Shown: positions 1 to 9,553 of the stretch, in pieces | Layout: every line of letters begins with the position of its first letter | How positions within the stretch are numbered: the stretch's first letter is position 1 | Source: Patescibacteria group bacterium | GTDB lineage: Bacteria; Patescibacteriota; Patescibacteriia; Magasanikbacterales; GWA2-37-8 | Length of the DNA: 64,000 nt | Direction: 5' to 3' | Assembly: GCA_035289165.1 (NCBI GenBank) | Contig: DATDYA010000008.1 | Coordinates: 572-64,571, forward strand | Translations under genes and position numbers: made by a program | Notes under the pieces: generated by a model | Told to the model about the DNA's origin: nothing | Seen by the model: only the letters and a program-made list of their open reading frames with translations | Database searches by the model: none

Positions 1-1
1 T

Positions 2-901
2 AAAGGCAAATTTAGCATTTTAGTTACCGGCAGTGCACGATTGGATGTGTATCGTCGAGGGGGAGATTCTTTATTGGGGCGTTATCATTATTTTCGTTTA
101 CACCCGTTTAGTGTTAGAGAAGTGATGGGTGAGGGTTGGCAGACCGAACCGTTTGATGAAATAAAATTTTTAAAAGACAAAAAGATAAGCCGGGCTTTTT
201 CTGATCTCCTCACTTATGGTGGATTTCCCGAACCGTATCTGGCGAAAAACCCTCAAACACTACGACGCTTTCACAATGAGCGCTCGGAACGTTTAATTAA
301 AGAGGATATACGAGATGTGGAAAATATTCAGGACATCTCATTGCTCCAAGTTTTATCAGATATATTACCTAGCAAAGTAGGATCTTTGTTGTCTCTAAAT
401 TCTTTGCAAGAAGACCTGGCGGTAACTCACAAAACGATTTCTCGTTGGGTGGATATGCTAGAGAGGTTTTACTACCATTTTAGAATTTATCCTTTTAAGT
501 CTAGTTTAATTAAGTCGTTACGAAAACAACCCAAGATGTATATGTGGGACTGGTCGCAGGTTGAAAATGAAGCTGCTCGGTTAGAAAATATGGTTGCCTC
601 TCACTTGCTTAAGACAGCGCACTTGCTTTATGATTATTTTGGTTTCAAAGCCGAGGTGTATTACTTACGTGATACCGAGGGGCGAGAAGTAGACTTTTTG
701 TTAACAGTAGATCGCAAGCCTTGGTTTAGCGTCGAAGTGAAACAAAACGACACCAGCCCCTCGTCCCACTTGAAATATTTTGGTGATAGGTTGAGAATTC
801 CTTTTCAATATCAAGTGGTCGGAGGCGGTACGGGAATAGATTATTTAAAAGACGGGATTAGGACAATGAGTGTAGATAAGTTCTTGTCCGGGCTAGCGTA
901 A
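2..901 (+). CDS. AAA+ ATPase with DUF4143 domain, C-terminal part; the 5' end lies outside the window (the in-frame ORF runs to base 2 before the annotated TTG at 41)
   Basis: The translation continues upstream in frame (KGKFSILVTGSARLDVYRRGGDSLLGRYHYFRLHPFS...). The ...TGSxxxD...LxGR...F.L.P motif block and C-terminal region parallel the full-length DUF4143 ATPase at 30516-31640. Confidence 0.6.
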   Translation, partial: KGKFSILVTGSARLDVYRRGGDSLLGRYHYFRLHPFSVREVMGEGWQTEPFDEIKFLKDKKISRAFSDLLTYGGFPEPYLAKNPQTLRRFHNERSERLIKEDIRDVENIQDISLLQVLSDILPSKVGSLLSLNSLQEDLAVTHKTISRWVDMLERFYYHFRIYPFKSSLIKSLRKQPKMYMWDWSQVENEAARLENMVASHLLKTAHLLYDYFGFKAEVYYLRDTEGREVDFLLTVDRKPWFSVEVKQNDTSPSSHLKYFGDRLRIPFQYQVVGGGTGIDYLKDGIRTMSVDKFLSGLA

Positions 902-995
902 ACTTTAGATCTACTTATACATTCTAAACAAAAAGTCCAAGATTACTCTTAGACTTTATGATGCAATAATATTCTACACTAAAGGCCTGAATTTG

Positions 996-1577
996 TTAAA
1001 ACAACTTCAACACCTTCCACCAATTCTCAATGTATTCTTGTCTTTTATTCTGGTATTTAAGGTAGTAAGCATGTTCCCAAAGGTCCAGCCCAATAATTGG
1101 TTCGTGGCCGAGAGATAGGGGCGAATCTTGGTTGGGCAAAGAATACATTTTTAAAACCTCGCTTTCATCGCGTACTAACCAGCTCCAGCCACTACCAAAA
1201 TGACTAAGAGAAATCTTGGTAAACTCTTCTTTAAAGGTTTCGAGTGCCCCCCAGCGGTCTTCAATGTTTTTTATTAACGTTTCATCCGCCTGTTTTTCGG
1301 GACCCATAATCAACCAATAGAGGTTGTGGTTGACAAAACCACCCCCGTTATTTTTAATTTTTACTCGGTCGGCTTCTTCTACTGGAATGGTTTTAATTTT
1401 TTGGAGAATCTCCTCCGCAGTCTTATCCGCGAGATCCGGATATTTGTTCACGACCTCTTGGAAGTTATCTAAATATTTTTGATGATGCTTGGTGTGGTGC
1501 ACCTCCATGGTCTTCGCGTCAATGTGCGGTTCAAGCGCATCATATTTATACGGTAATTCGATTAGAGCGTAGGGCAT
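996..1577 (-). CDS. Fe/Mn-family superoxide dismutase
   Basis: Hallmark motifs HHTKHHQKY near the N-terminus and DLWEHAYYL near the C-terminus. The 193-aa length is typical. Confidence 0.9.
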   Translation of the reverse strand: MPYALIELPYKYDALEPHIDAKTMEVHHTKHHQKYLDNFQEVVNKYPDLADKTAEEILQKIKTIPVEEADRVKIKNNGGGFVNHNLYWLIMGPEKQADETLIKNIEDRWGALETFKEEFTKISLSHFGSGWSWLVRDESEVLKMYSLPNQDSPLSLGHEPIIGLDLWEHAYYLKYQNKRQEYIENWWKVLKLF

Positions 1578-1653
1578 AAAATTTAAGGTTATAACTTATA
1601 CTTAACTAGTATGGTATATATTTTTAGCCGATTTGGCAAGTGGACAATTGTTT

Positions 1654-1685
1654 GTAAAAAAGAACCCCCAAGTTTTCTGGGGGTT
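1654..1685 (-). terminator. Intrinsic terminator downstream of recA
   Basis: Read on the minus strand, an 8-bp GC-rich stem (AACCCCCA/TGGGGGTT) with a 7-nt loop is followed by a T6 run. The recA stop is at 1692. Confidence 0.6.
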
Positions 1686-1691
1686 TAAATA

Positions 1692-2780
1692 TTATTCTTC
1701 CTGTGGCAAAGGCACTTCTTCGTCGGCTGGTTCGCCCGGATTGCCTTCTTCCTCGTCTGGCGCCTCGCCTCGTTCTACCACCTCCCAAACCTTGTCTCTA
1801 ATCTCGGCGATAAGTTTTGGGTTATCTTTTAAAAATTTCTTAGCCGTTTCTCTGCCGACTCCTAATTTTTCTTCACCATAATTGTAAGAATTACCTTTTT
1901 TATCAATTACTTTGTAGGTGACACCAGTATCAAACAAATCGCCAGATAAGGAAATACCCTCGTTATACATAATGTCGAATTCGGTGGTGCGGAACGGCGG
2001 GGCAACTTTGTTCTTAACAATCTTCACTTTAACGCGGTTACCAATGACCTTATCTCCCTGTTTAATTTGAGCGGCGCGGCGGATCTCAATCCGGATTGAA
2101 GAGTAGAATTTTAAAGCCACACCACCAGTCGTAGTTTCTGGGTTGCCAAAATACACGCCAATCTTCATGCGAGTCTGGTTAATAAAGATCAAAACAGTTT
2201 TGGATTTACTAATGACCGCGGTTAATTTTCGAAGGGCCTGACTCATGAGCCTGGCTTGTAAACCCATCTGGGCATCACCCATGTCACCCTCGATCTCTGC
2301 CTTTGGCACGAGGGCCGCTACGGAGTCAACGACGATTACGTCCACCGCGTTGGAACGAACCAAAGTCTCCACGATTTCCAAAGCTTGTTCACCGGTATCT
2401 GGCTGGGAAATTAAAAGTTCGTCAATTTTTATACCAATTTTTCTAGCATAATCTGGGTCAACCGCATGCTCAGCATCGACAAAAGCAGCAATGCCGCCCC
2501 GTTTTTGGACTTCTGCCACAACATGTTGAGCTAGTGTGGTTTTACCACTGGCTTCCGGTCCATAAATTTCAATAATGCGTCCGCGGGGCACGCCTTTAAT
2601 ACCAAGCGCGATGTCTAAAGACATACAACCGGTCGGGATAGCCTCAACCTGCATACTCGCCTTGCCTTCACCAAAAGTCATAATCGCCCCATCGCCAAAG
2701 CGGCTCTTGATCTGTTCGATCGCGCTTTCAGCGGCCTTCAATTTATTCTTTACCTCCTCACTAGCTGATCCTTTAGCCAT
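1692..2780 (-). CDS. recA: Recombinase RecA
   Basis: Walker [12 protein letters not shown]2 loop GNPETTTGG, the conserved RecA core and an acidic C-terminal tail. Confidence 0.95.
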   Translation of the reverse strand: MAKGSASEEVKNKLKAAESAIEQIKSRFGDGAIMTFGEGKASMQVEAIPTGCMSLDIALGIKGVPRGRIIEIYGPEASGKTTLAQHVVAEVQKRGGIAAFVDAEHAVDPDYARKIGIKIDELLISQPDTGEQALEIVETLVRSNAVDVIVVDSVAALVPKAEIEGDMGDAQMGLQARLMSQALRKLTAVISKSKTVLIFINQTRMKIGVYFGNPETTTGGVALKFYSSIRIEIRRAAQIKQGDKVIGNRVKVKIVKNKVAPPFRTTEFDIMYNEGISLSGDLFDTGVTYKVIDKKGNSYNYGEEKLGVGRETAKKFLKDNPKLIAEIRDKVWEVVERGEAPDEEEGNPGEPADEEVPLPQEE

Positions 2781-2806
2781 ACGAATTTTAAATTAATAAA
2801 TTTTAA

Positions 2807-3511
2807 TTAGTTTGGTAGTAGGGTAATTTTTTCTCCGGCCACAGCCTGTGGTCTCGCGACCACATGTCGGGTAACCGTCGAAGTTTTACCATGCTTTTTC
2901 TTAACCGAAACAATGATTGTATTAACTCCGTTTTGTAAATCTAGGTGCGTTTCAAATTGGCCGCTATCGTTTACACGTACTTCTTGCCCGTTAATTGTCA
3001 GTGCTGTTTCTTTTTCTGTTTCACCTTGGATTAGTGCTGACAAAGTGTTGGCCACCAGTCCTTCTTCCGGCGAATAAAGAACTAATCTCGGTGGCTCAAT
3101 CACGCCTTTAATTTGCCAGGCTAGATAACCAACAAAAATAAAGATAAAGACACCGGCCACGATATACCGAAGAGTGAGGGAAAAGAAATTAAATCGTGAA
3201 TTACGAATGGACTGGTGGGGGTGAACGGTTTTAATATCTCGTAATCCGCCTTCGCATTTAAAATCTTTAGCTAGAGCCTTGGAATCCAATCCCACCGCCT
3301 TCGCATAGGCTTTAATATAGGCCAGGCGATAAGCTGTGGCCTGGGGGAGCCGAAAGTATTCGCAATCCTCAATCATGAGGAGGTGGTTTTTGGCGACAAA
3401 AGAATTTTTTGAAATGCTTTCTAAATCCAAACCAATGCGAATTCTCGCTTCCTTGAGTTCTTCACCAACGCGCTTGGTCTTCGCGATTCGTTTGTAACAA
3501 AACATGGTCAT
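2807..3511 (-). CDS. RodZ-like membrane protein (HTH_25 domain, one TM helix, DUF4115-like C-terminal domain). The start is probably an internal Met rather than the ORF's first Met.
   Basis: N-terminal LKEARIRIGLDLESIS...LPQATAYRLAYIKAYAKAVGLD matches the RodZ HTH_25 pattern. It is followed by a hydrophobic TM segment (YIVAGVFIFIFVGYLAW) and a beta-rich C-terminus. Confidence 0.55.
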   Translation of the reverse strand: MTMFCYKRIAKTKRVGEELKEARIRIGLDLESISKNSFVAKNHLLMIEDCEYFRLPQATAYRLAYIKAYAKAVGLDSKALAKDFKCEGGLRDIKTVHPHQSIRNSRFNFFSLTLRYIVAGVFIFIFVGYLAWQIKGVIEPPRLVLYSPEEGLVANTLSALIQGETEKETALTINGQEVRVNDSGQFETHLDLQNGVNTIIVSVKKKHGKTSTVTRHVVARPQAVAGEKITLLPN

Positions 3512-3515
3512 ATTT

Positions 3516-5786
3516 TTACTCTTTGAACACCGTGCCACCCGCATCCAAAGTTTGTTCTTCGTCCGACAATTCGAAAGACGCAGTTGGCATCATGTGTTCA
3601 GTAAAAACTTCTCTCGGTTTAGCGCCATCAGCAGGTCCTACTATACCAGCTTCTTCTAATTCGTCAAGCAGTCTGGCCGCCCGGGCATAGCCCACCTTCA
3701 TCCGTCTTTGCATGAGCGAAGCGCTGGCTTTTCCTGATTCGATTACCAGTTGTTTAGCTTCATTGAAAAGCGGGTCTTGGTCGTCGCTGCCACCACCGAA
3801 CATGTTTAGCGTGCCGCCATTTCCCCCGCCCTTACTAACAACCGATTCGTTGTAATTAGGTTCAGCGTTACCCTTCAAAAAGTCAACAATTCGTTTCATT
3901 TCTTCTTCGGAAACATAGGCGCCTTGGATGCGTTTTGGTTTAGACAATTCAGCTGTTAAGAATAGCATGTCGCCGCGCCCCAAAAGTTTTTCCGCCCCCG
4001 GGCAATCCAAAATTGTACGGGAATCAATAAGCGAAGCGACTGAAAAAGCGATACGAGCCGGGATGTTCGCTTTCATGAGACCGGTGATAACTTCAACGCT
4101 CGGGCGTTGCGTCGCAACAATAAGGTGAATACCAACCGCCCGCGCCATCTGGGCAATGCGGATAATGCCAGCTTCAACTTCGCTGGCCGCCATTGCCATG
4201 AGGTCAGCTAGTTCGTCAATGACAAAAACAATGTATGGCATTTTTTCAGTAGCCGTTTTGTTGTAAGATTGGATGTCGCGCTTACCGGAAGCGGCGAGAA
4301 GATCAAAACGACGTTCCATTTCCCCGATTGTCCATTTCAAAGCGTTAACAGTTTTTGCTGGGTCAGTAATAACTGGTGTTAGAAGATGAGGGATGCCGTT
4401 GTAAAGAGTCAGTTCGACTCTTTTGGGGTCAACCATAATGACCCGCAAAGTTTCTGGAGTGTTTTGGTAAAGTAAGCTAAGTAAAATTGTATTAATACAA
4501 ACGGTTTTACCAGATCCCGTGGCGCCCGCAATTAAAAGATGCGGCATTTTGGAAAGCCTCCCAAACCAGACAGTACCGGCGACATCTTTTCCCAATGCCA
4601 CCTGCAAGGTGTCTTCGCGATCTTTAAACTCTGGGCTTTCCAAGAGTTCGCGTAAAGTAACCATCGCTACTTTTTGGTTTGGAACTTCAATGCCGACTAA
4701 AGATTGGCCAGGAATGGGGGCCTCAATGCGAATAGGGTGGGCCGCCAAAGCTAAAGCCAGGTCGTTGCTTAAGGCCAAGATGCGGGTTAGCTTAATACCC
4801 TTAGCTGGTTTTAAAGAAAATTGCGTTACAGTTGGGCCCACTCGAACTTCTCCCATATCCACTTCAATGCCAAAGTTTTGTAAGGTATCCCGAATAATCT
4901 CCGCGTTGCTTTTAATATCTCCAGACGATGGTTTGGTTTTTGAGGTAAAGAGAAGACTGGTGTCCGGTAAAGCGAATGAGCTGTAATCTGGTAGTGGTAA
5001 TTCTTCCAATTGGCCTTCCTTAGCCGTTTCTTCCGTCGGGCCTCCAGTCTCTAATTCAGTTTTTCTTTCCAAAGATTTTCGTTCAAAGGCTCGCCGTTCT
5101 TCTTCCTCCTCTTCTAATTTTACGGTTTCCCATTCTTCGGTTTCTTCACTTGGTGTTTCTTCATAATCCCCTTTAATCTTAAATTCTACCTTTTCTTCCT
5201 TTTTAAAACGGTAGAAGAAATTTACCAGCTGCTGTCCAAGAAAACCGAGTATGAGAAAGAACTTCTTGTTTAAAAGTACTAATTGCGCCAAAGAAGTGTT
5301 AAAAATGAAAATGATTGAGATTAAAAGTAGAGCAATAAATATAACCAGACTACCCCAGTAGCCGAGGTAAGTCCCTAGTGGCCAGGCTAAAGCGAGGCCA
5401 ACCAGTCCACCACCATAGCCCTGCATGGCTAAATCCACCATTTCTTCCACTGCATTTTGTAGATGGACAAGGCCGTTGAAACTCAAAAAGAAGAGTATTG
5501 AGCCAAAAAAATGGGTGGGGCGATACTCGTAACTCAAATCTTTTATGATTAGCCCGGCGACAATGGCCAGGATGATTGGAAAAAAGTAGCGGACTTGGCC
5601 AAAGCCAATTGCGAGGAGCGAATCAATGAAGTGGCCAGCAATTCCCGCTAAATTAAAGAAGCTAAGGATAGACAAACCAGCTACCACAAAGAGGAAAATA
5701 GATAAAAGACCCCTGCCGATTTCAGGGTTTAGATTAATGCGTTCCCGCAAAGGTGGTCGCCCGCGACGTGATCTCGACATAATCAT
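3516..5786 (-). CDS. ftsK: DNA translocase FtsK/SpoIIIE
   Basis: N-terminal polytopic membrane region, a charged linker, an ATPase core (GATGSGKT Walker A) and a C-terminal gamma domain (MQRRMKVGYARAARLLDELEEAGIVGP). The start is probably an internal Met, because the ORF's first codons overlap the promoter of the divergent gene. Confidence 0.9.
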   Translation of the reverse strand: MIMSRSRRGRPPLRERINLNPEIGRGLLSIFLFVVAGLSILSFFNLAGIAGHFIDSLLAIGFGQVRYFFPIILAIVAGLIIKDLSYEYRPTHFFGSILFFLSFNGLVHLQNAVEEMVDLAMQGYGGGLVGLALAWPLGTYLGYWGSLVIFIALLLISIIFIFNTSLAQLVLLNKKFFLILGFLGQQLVNFFYRFKKEEKVEFKIKGDYEETPSEETEEWETVKLEEEEEERRAFERKSLERKTELETGGPTEETAKEGQLEELPLPDYSSFALPDTSLLFTSKTKPSSGDIKSNAEIIRDTLQNFGIEVDMGEVRVGPTVTQFSLKPAKGIKLTRILALSNDLALALAAHPIRIEAPIPGQSLVGIEVPNQKVAMVTLRELLESPEFKDREDTLQVALGKDVAGTVWFGRLSKMPHLLIAGATGSGKTVCINTILLSLLYQNTPETLRVIMVDPKRVELTLYNGIPHLLTPVITDPAKTVNALKWTIGEMERRFDLLAASGKRDIQSYNKTATEKMPYIVFVIDELADLMAMAASEVEAGIIRIAQMARAVGIHLIVATQRPSVEVITGLMKANIPARIAFSVASLIDSRTILDCPGAEKLLGRGDMLFLTAELSKPKRIQGAYVSEEEMKRIVDFLKGNAEPNYNESVVSKGGGNGGTLNMFGGGSDDQDPLFNEAKQLVIESGKASASLMQRRMKVGYARAARLLDELEEAGIVGPADGAKPREVFTEHMMPTASFELSDEEQTLDAGGTVFKE

Positions 5787-5845
5787 TTTGTTACGAATAT
5801 TATAGCACAGAGGCGAAAGTCGGACAAATAAAAGAACTACAGAGG

Positions 5846-5874
5846 TTGCCAAAACTAACCGGATGGTATATAAT
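5846..5874 (+). promoter_or_regulatory. Sigma70-like promoter TTGCCA-17-TATAAT for the C39-like peptidase gene
   Basis: Near-consensus -35 and a perfect -10 with 17-bp spacing. It ends about 20 nt upstream of the ATG at 5895. Confidence 0.5.
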
Positions 5875-5894
5875 AGGCGCCCTTATGAAAAATT

Positions 5895-6359
5895 ATGGCT
5901 TTGCCGTACTACAAACAAGAGACCAATTATACCTGTGGTCCAGCCAGCTTTCGCATGGTTATGGCTTCTTTGGGTTTTATCTATGATGAAACAGAATTAA
6001 AAAAATTGTTAAAAACCAGCAAAATTTGGGGTACTTTGCACAAAAGCTTCGTGGAAGCGGCAGAAAAACATAAGCTTAACTATGTCGTAAAAAGAAATAC
6101 GGAAGTAAACGAATTGAGGAAAGCCTTAAGAAAAAAGAAGCTGGCGATTGTCTGTTATGCCATGCCACCACACGAAATATATCATTACGCAGTGGTAAAA
6201 AAGGTTGGTCTAAAATATATTTATTTGTTGGATCCCTTCCTTGGCCCGAATTGCCAGTATTTACTTACTGACTTTGTAAAATTTTGGAAAAGTGACCCCA
6301 AACACGAAGGTGATGAGAGATGGTTTTTCGCCATTGAAAATAACAAGGCCGTGAATTAA
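5895..6359 (+). CDS. Standalone papain-like cysteine peptidase, C39-like domain
   Basis: Q-x4-TCGPAS catalytic-Cys motif (QETNYTCGPASFRMV) and a downstream HYAVV His motif. 154 aa with no ABC-transporter fusion. Confidence 0.55.
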   Translation: MALPYYKQETNYTCGPASFRMVMASLGFIYDETELKKLLKTSKIWGTLHKSFVEAAEKHKLNYVVKRNTEVNELRKALRKKKLAIVCYAMPPHEIYHYAVVKKVGLKYIYLLDPFLGPNCQYLLTDFVKFWKSDPKHEGDERWFFAIENNKAVN

Positions 6360-6390
6360 AGCCGCCCCAAAGTTTAGGCGGCTTTTTTAA
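6359..6390 (+). terminator. Intrinsic terminator after the C39-like peptidase gene
   Basis: GCCGCC...GGCGGC stem with a 10-nt loop, followed by T6. Confidence 0.7.
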
Positions 6391-6449
6391 ATTGTCTTGA
6401 CCGGCACTCGTAGCGAGAATATAATTGAAACATTGTTATTAATTGTTTT

Positions 6450-6863
6450 ATGAGAGTAGGCATAAGCGGTTCCATGCAATTTACCGAAAAAATGATTGAA
6501 GTGAGGGACAATCTTCTGACCCTTGGTCATAATGCTTATGTTACTTCCTACGCCAAAGCCTTCGTTGGAAAAACTACTGAAGAAAAAGAGAGAATTAAGC
6601 TTGACCAAAAAAGAACCGATGATGTTATAAAAGAATACTGGGATTTAATGCAAGGAGGCGATGCGATTTTAGTTTTAAATTTTGAGAAACACAACATCCC
6701 CAATTACATCGGTGGGAATACTTTAATGGAAATCGGCTTTGCCCATGTTTTAGGACAGAAGATTTTTCTCTGGAATCCGATCCCCGACCAACCTTATTGT
6801 AAACATGAAATCGAATCGGTCCATCCGGTTGTTATTAATGGCGACCTATCCTTAGTTAAATAA
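6450..6863 (+). CDS. Nucleoside 2-deoxyribosyltransferase-like (PF05014-like) protein
   Basis: About 137 aa with an N-terminal GISGS Rossmann-like start. The C-terminal ILVLNFEKHNIPNYIGGNTLMEIGFAHVLGQKIFLW resembles the NDT family D.GT..E.G.A.A.GKPV block. Confidence 0.4.
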   Translation: MRVGISGSMQFTEKMIEVRDNLLTLGHNAYVTSYAKAFVGKTTEEKERIKLDQKRTDDVIKEYWDLMQGGDAILVLNFEKHNIPNYIGGNTLMEIGFAHVLGQKIFLWNPIPDQPYCKHEIESVHPVVINGDLSLVK

Positions 6864-6864
6864 T

Positions 6865-7350
6865 ATGGAGATGATGGATGTCGTAAACGATAAAGATGAA
6901 GTGGTGGGTCAGGTAGACAAGGAAGATGTTTACAAAAAATTATTATGTCACTGGATTGTTCACGTCCTAATTTTTAACGATGAAGGCAAGTTGGCTTTGC
7001 AATTACGCCATCCCAACCTTTCTTTCGCACCAAATCATTGGTCTACAACAGTTGGTGGGCATGTGCAAGCCGGTGAGAGTTACGAAGACGCCACGAAAAG
7101 AGAAATGAGAGAAGAAGTTGGCGTTGAAACACCAATAGAATATTTTTCTAAAGATTCTTATCACGCCCTTGGCCAGCCAGACAAATTTATTGTTTGTTAT
7201 AGAGCAAAATATAACGGGCCATTCCAGATGGAACCAGAAGCAGTAGTGGAAGTAGAATTTTTTACTATCGAAGAAATTAAATCAATGATTGAACAAGGAG
7301 AAAAATTTCATCCCGAACTGTTATTTATCTTAAAGAAATATTTTTTGTAA
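6865..7350 (+). CDS. NUDIX hydrolase
   Basis: Nudix box GGHVQAGESYEDATKREMREEVGV fits GX5EX7REUXEEXGU. Confidence 0.8.
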   Translation: MEMMDVVNDKDEVVGQVDKEDVYKKLLCHWIVHVLIFNDEGKLALQLRHPNLSFAPNHWSTTVGGHVQAGESYEDATKREMREEVGVETPIEYFSKDSYHALGQPDKFIVCYRAKYNGPFQMEPEAVVEVEFFTIEEIKSMIEQGEKFHPELLFILKKYFL

Positions 7351-7355
7351 AAAAT

Positions 7356-7390
7356 AACCCTCGATACAATGTCGAGGGTTTTTCTTTCCA
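7356..7390 (+). terminator. Intrinsic terminator after the NUDIX gene
   Basis: AACCCTCGA / TCGAGGGTT stem of 9 bp with a 7-nt loop, followed by a T-run. Confidence 0.7.
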
Positions 7391-7678
7391 CTAAGCTGCG
7401 TAAAGAGTTGCATGTTTTAGCCACGGATCAAATCTAAAAAACTTCGACTATAAACAAAAAAATGATTATAGAGGAGAGAGAATTGCTTTTTACAATCCGA
7501 TCCGGTTGAGACATCAACTCCACCGCAGCTTGTTGGAAAGAATGTGAAAACATTGTAAGGTGTAACACGAGTAGTGTCAAGTGTGGATAGATTGAGTCTA
7601 ACTTTTTATCATATAACATTGCAAAATTTAATATTATTCGGTATATTTATCAATAGTGATTAATTATTTTTTATCATT

Positions 7679-9241
7679 ATGCCAGTCGTAGAGTGGGGTC
7701 ATGATTTCGAACCTTATGAACAGGCGTCGGATTTTGAATTATTTAGGAAAACACCCAGTGAGCTTGCTCAAAAATTGAAGCAATTAGCCGATCGGGGCGA
7801 AGCAAGAGATTACCTAAGGCGAGCTTTTTTAGATCCGCGTAATATTGCGACGGTTAGCTATTATGAAAAATGGATGGTAAAGAAGGTTCAAGATATCATC
7901 GAAGAATTGGTTAAGGAAAAGGAGGAGGAATCTTGGGCACAGGGCGAACTGCCCGCCGGGTTAGCCGAAAGATATTCTGAAGAAGAACTAAAGCAATTAC
8001 TTTCTAGTTTGTTTTTTGTTCAACCTACCCAAGGCTGCGCCCACGCTTGTCCATTTTGCGCTTGGGATGCCCCTAAGGGAGTGAGGAGCACCATACCGTT
8101 TAATCAGTTTGCTAAACTAATGGAAAAGTACGGCGATGTTTTTAAAGATAATTGTATTGACTTGCACTTTGCTTCTGAGCCAGGTGATTATAAATACACG
8201 GATCCCGTAAGTGGTAAGGAGTATGATTATTCTGATTTACTATCCGTAGCCAAGAATTTTTTGAGCGGGACGGTCAATTCTTTTCTAACACGACGATCAG
8301 ATGATGAATGGCTCGAATATGTTGTCAAAGAAGGCGGTTTAAGAAGCCTGGATAACGCTACAAATCGTCGATTACAAAAACAAAAAACAAATGGGCGGGG
8401 CAGAGGTTTCAAAGGTGTTAAACATCACGCTGAAGGTGGGGACGAGAGGTTGCATACGCCAGGTATTGGTTTGAGTATTAAAAAAACAAGGAATTTAGTC
8501 GGTAAAGAGCGGGGTATTTATACACGAAAACCAGGTAGCATACTCACACCACGAGGTTATCTACATATTTTCCCCGGCGAGATACAAGATGTTTCACCGC
8601 AAGGACTAGTGGCTGTAGCAGTTGGGGAGTTGCACAGAATCGAAGAGGCCTATGAAAAATTAAAGCCGGGGGTCAAATTACAAGACGTAATGAGTGGTTT
8701 CGCAATTTATAAAATGTTTGACTTAAAACTCCTTCCCGATTTTAAACACGCTTTTGTAGCCTATACCGGGAACAGTAGTGACACCGGAATGGTTGTAGTA
8801 TATAGCCCGACCACTTATGAGATTACCGAGACGCATCCCTTTAAAATGACGTTAGATGAGTACAAAAAGAATTATCAATTATTGAAAAATAAATACTTTG
8901 AAGGCTATATGAAAGAGCCGATTTGGCCTGGAAAATATGAAGAAATTTTACCCGACATGGATTATAACCTGGCGATAGTCAAGCGGTTTTCTGACTTGTC
9001 AACAGATATGGGCTGGCTGACAATCGTTCAGAAGTATGTTCGCGAAAAAACTCAAGAGGTACACAGTATCATATTTTACAGGTTAAATCATGTGTTTAAA
9101 GCATATTTATTAACTGTTAAACCCAGTTTTACTAGTGATGTTATTGATTTGAATTGGCTGGAAAGGCAATTTTTAATCTTTTTGGGGTCGGACCAATTTA
9201 AAAAGATAGAAAAAGAAGGCTTTGTTCGAAAAAACTCTTAA
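7679..9241 (+). CDS. Hypothetical 520-aa protein with a radical-SAM-like CxxxCxxC motif
   Basis: TQGCAHACPFCAWD contains C-x3-C-x2-C. About 40 residues later, DLHFASEPGD resembles the SAM-binding GGEP motif. No other recognisable domain. Preceded by a 328-bp AT-rich spacer. Confidence 0.5.
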   Translation: MPVVEWGHDFEPYEQASDFELFRKTPSELAQKLKQLADRGEARDYLRRAFLDPRNIATVSYYEKWMVKKVQDIIEELVKEKEEESWAQGELPAGLAERYSEEELKQLLSSLFFVQPTQGCAHACPFCAWDAPKGVRSTIPFNQFAKLMEKYGDVFKDNCIDLHFASEPGDYKYTDPVSGKEYDYSDLLSVAKNFLSGTVNSFLTRRSDDEWLEYVVKEGGLRSLDNATNRRLQKQKTNGRGRGFKGVKHHAEGGDERLHTPGIGLSIKKTRNLVGKERGIYTRKPGSILTPRGYLHIFPGEIQDVSPQGLVAVAVGELHRIEEAYEKLKPGVKLQDVMSGFAIYKMFDLKLLPDFKHAFVAYTGNSSDTGMVVVYSPTTYEITETHPFKMTLDEYKKNYQLLKNKYFEGYMKEPIWPGKYEEILPDMDYNLAIVKRFSDLSTDMGWLTIVQKYVREKTQEVHSIIFYRLNHVFKAYLLTVKPSFTSDVIDLNWLERQFLIFLGSDQFKKIEKEGFVRKNS

Positions 9242-9261
9242 ACTTATCCACTGTTTTCCGG

Positions 9262-9290
9262 TTGACAAACCTCTTGGTTTTTAGTACTAT
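9262..9290 (+). promoter_or_regulatory. Sigma70-like promoter TTGACA-17-TACTAT upstream of rpoB
   Basis: Perfect -35, 17-bp spacer and a near-consensus -10. It begins 21 nt after the stop of the upstream gene and would give a leader of about 260 nt to the rpoB ATG at 9554. Confidence 0.5.
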
Positions 9291-9375
9291 TCTAGTACTT
9301 TGAAAACCAAGGCGTAAACAACCATTTTTTGGCTAGTTATAGCTAAAAGTCCGGTTGCGTCCAACCTCGCTTAGT

Positions 9376-9428
9376 GCAAGGTTTTACAAACATCGAGAAT
9401 AAATAGATGCGTACCTTGCTTTTTTTGG
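9376..9428 (+). promoter_or_regulatory. Attenuator-like hairpin plus U-run in the rpoB leader
   Basis: GCAAGGT...ACCTTGC inverted repeat with a roughly 30-nt loop, followed by T7. Further T-runs occur at 9471-9476 and 9499-9504. Confidence 0.3.
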
Positions 9429-9553
9429 CTAATCTTTAAGTAAAACTAATAAGCCCCATACCCAAGCGGCCTTTTTTGGTTTGTGGCTTTTGCCGGCTTT
9501 TTTAAAAAAATTAACTATTTTTTAAACTATTAACCTCTTAAAACGCACGTTTT

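Noticed and set aside
1633-1881. 82-aa plus-strand ORF overlapping the recA C-terminus and terminator
   Set aside because: It lies antisense to a well-supported recA and spans the recA terminator. Its low-complexity Ser/Pro-rich translation is typical of antisense reading of an acidic tail.
7434-7619. 61-aa minus-strand ORF in the AT-rich spacer upstream of the orphan radical-SAM-motif protein gene
   Set aside because: It is an AT-rich chance ORF with no initiation context, inside a probable promoter or regulatory region.
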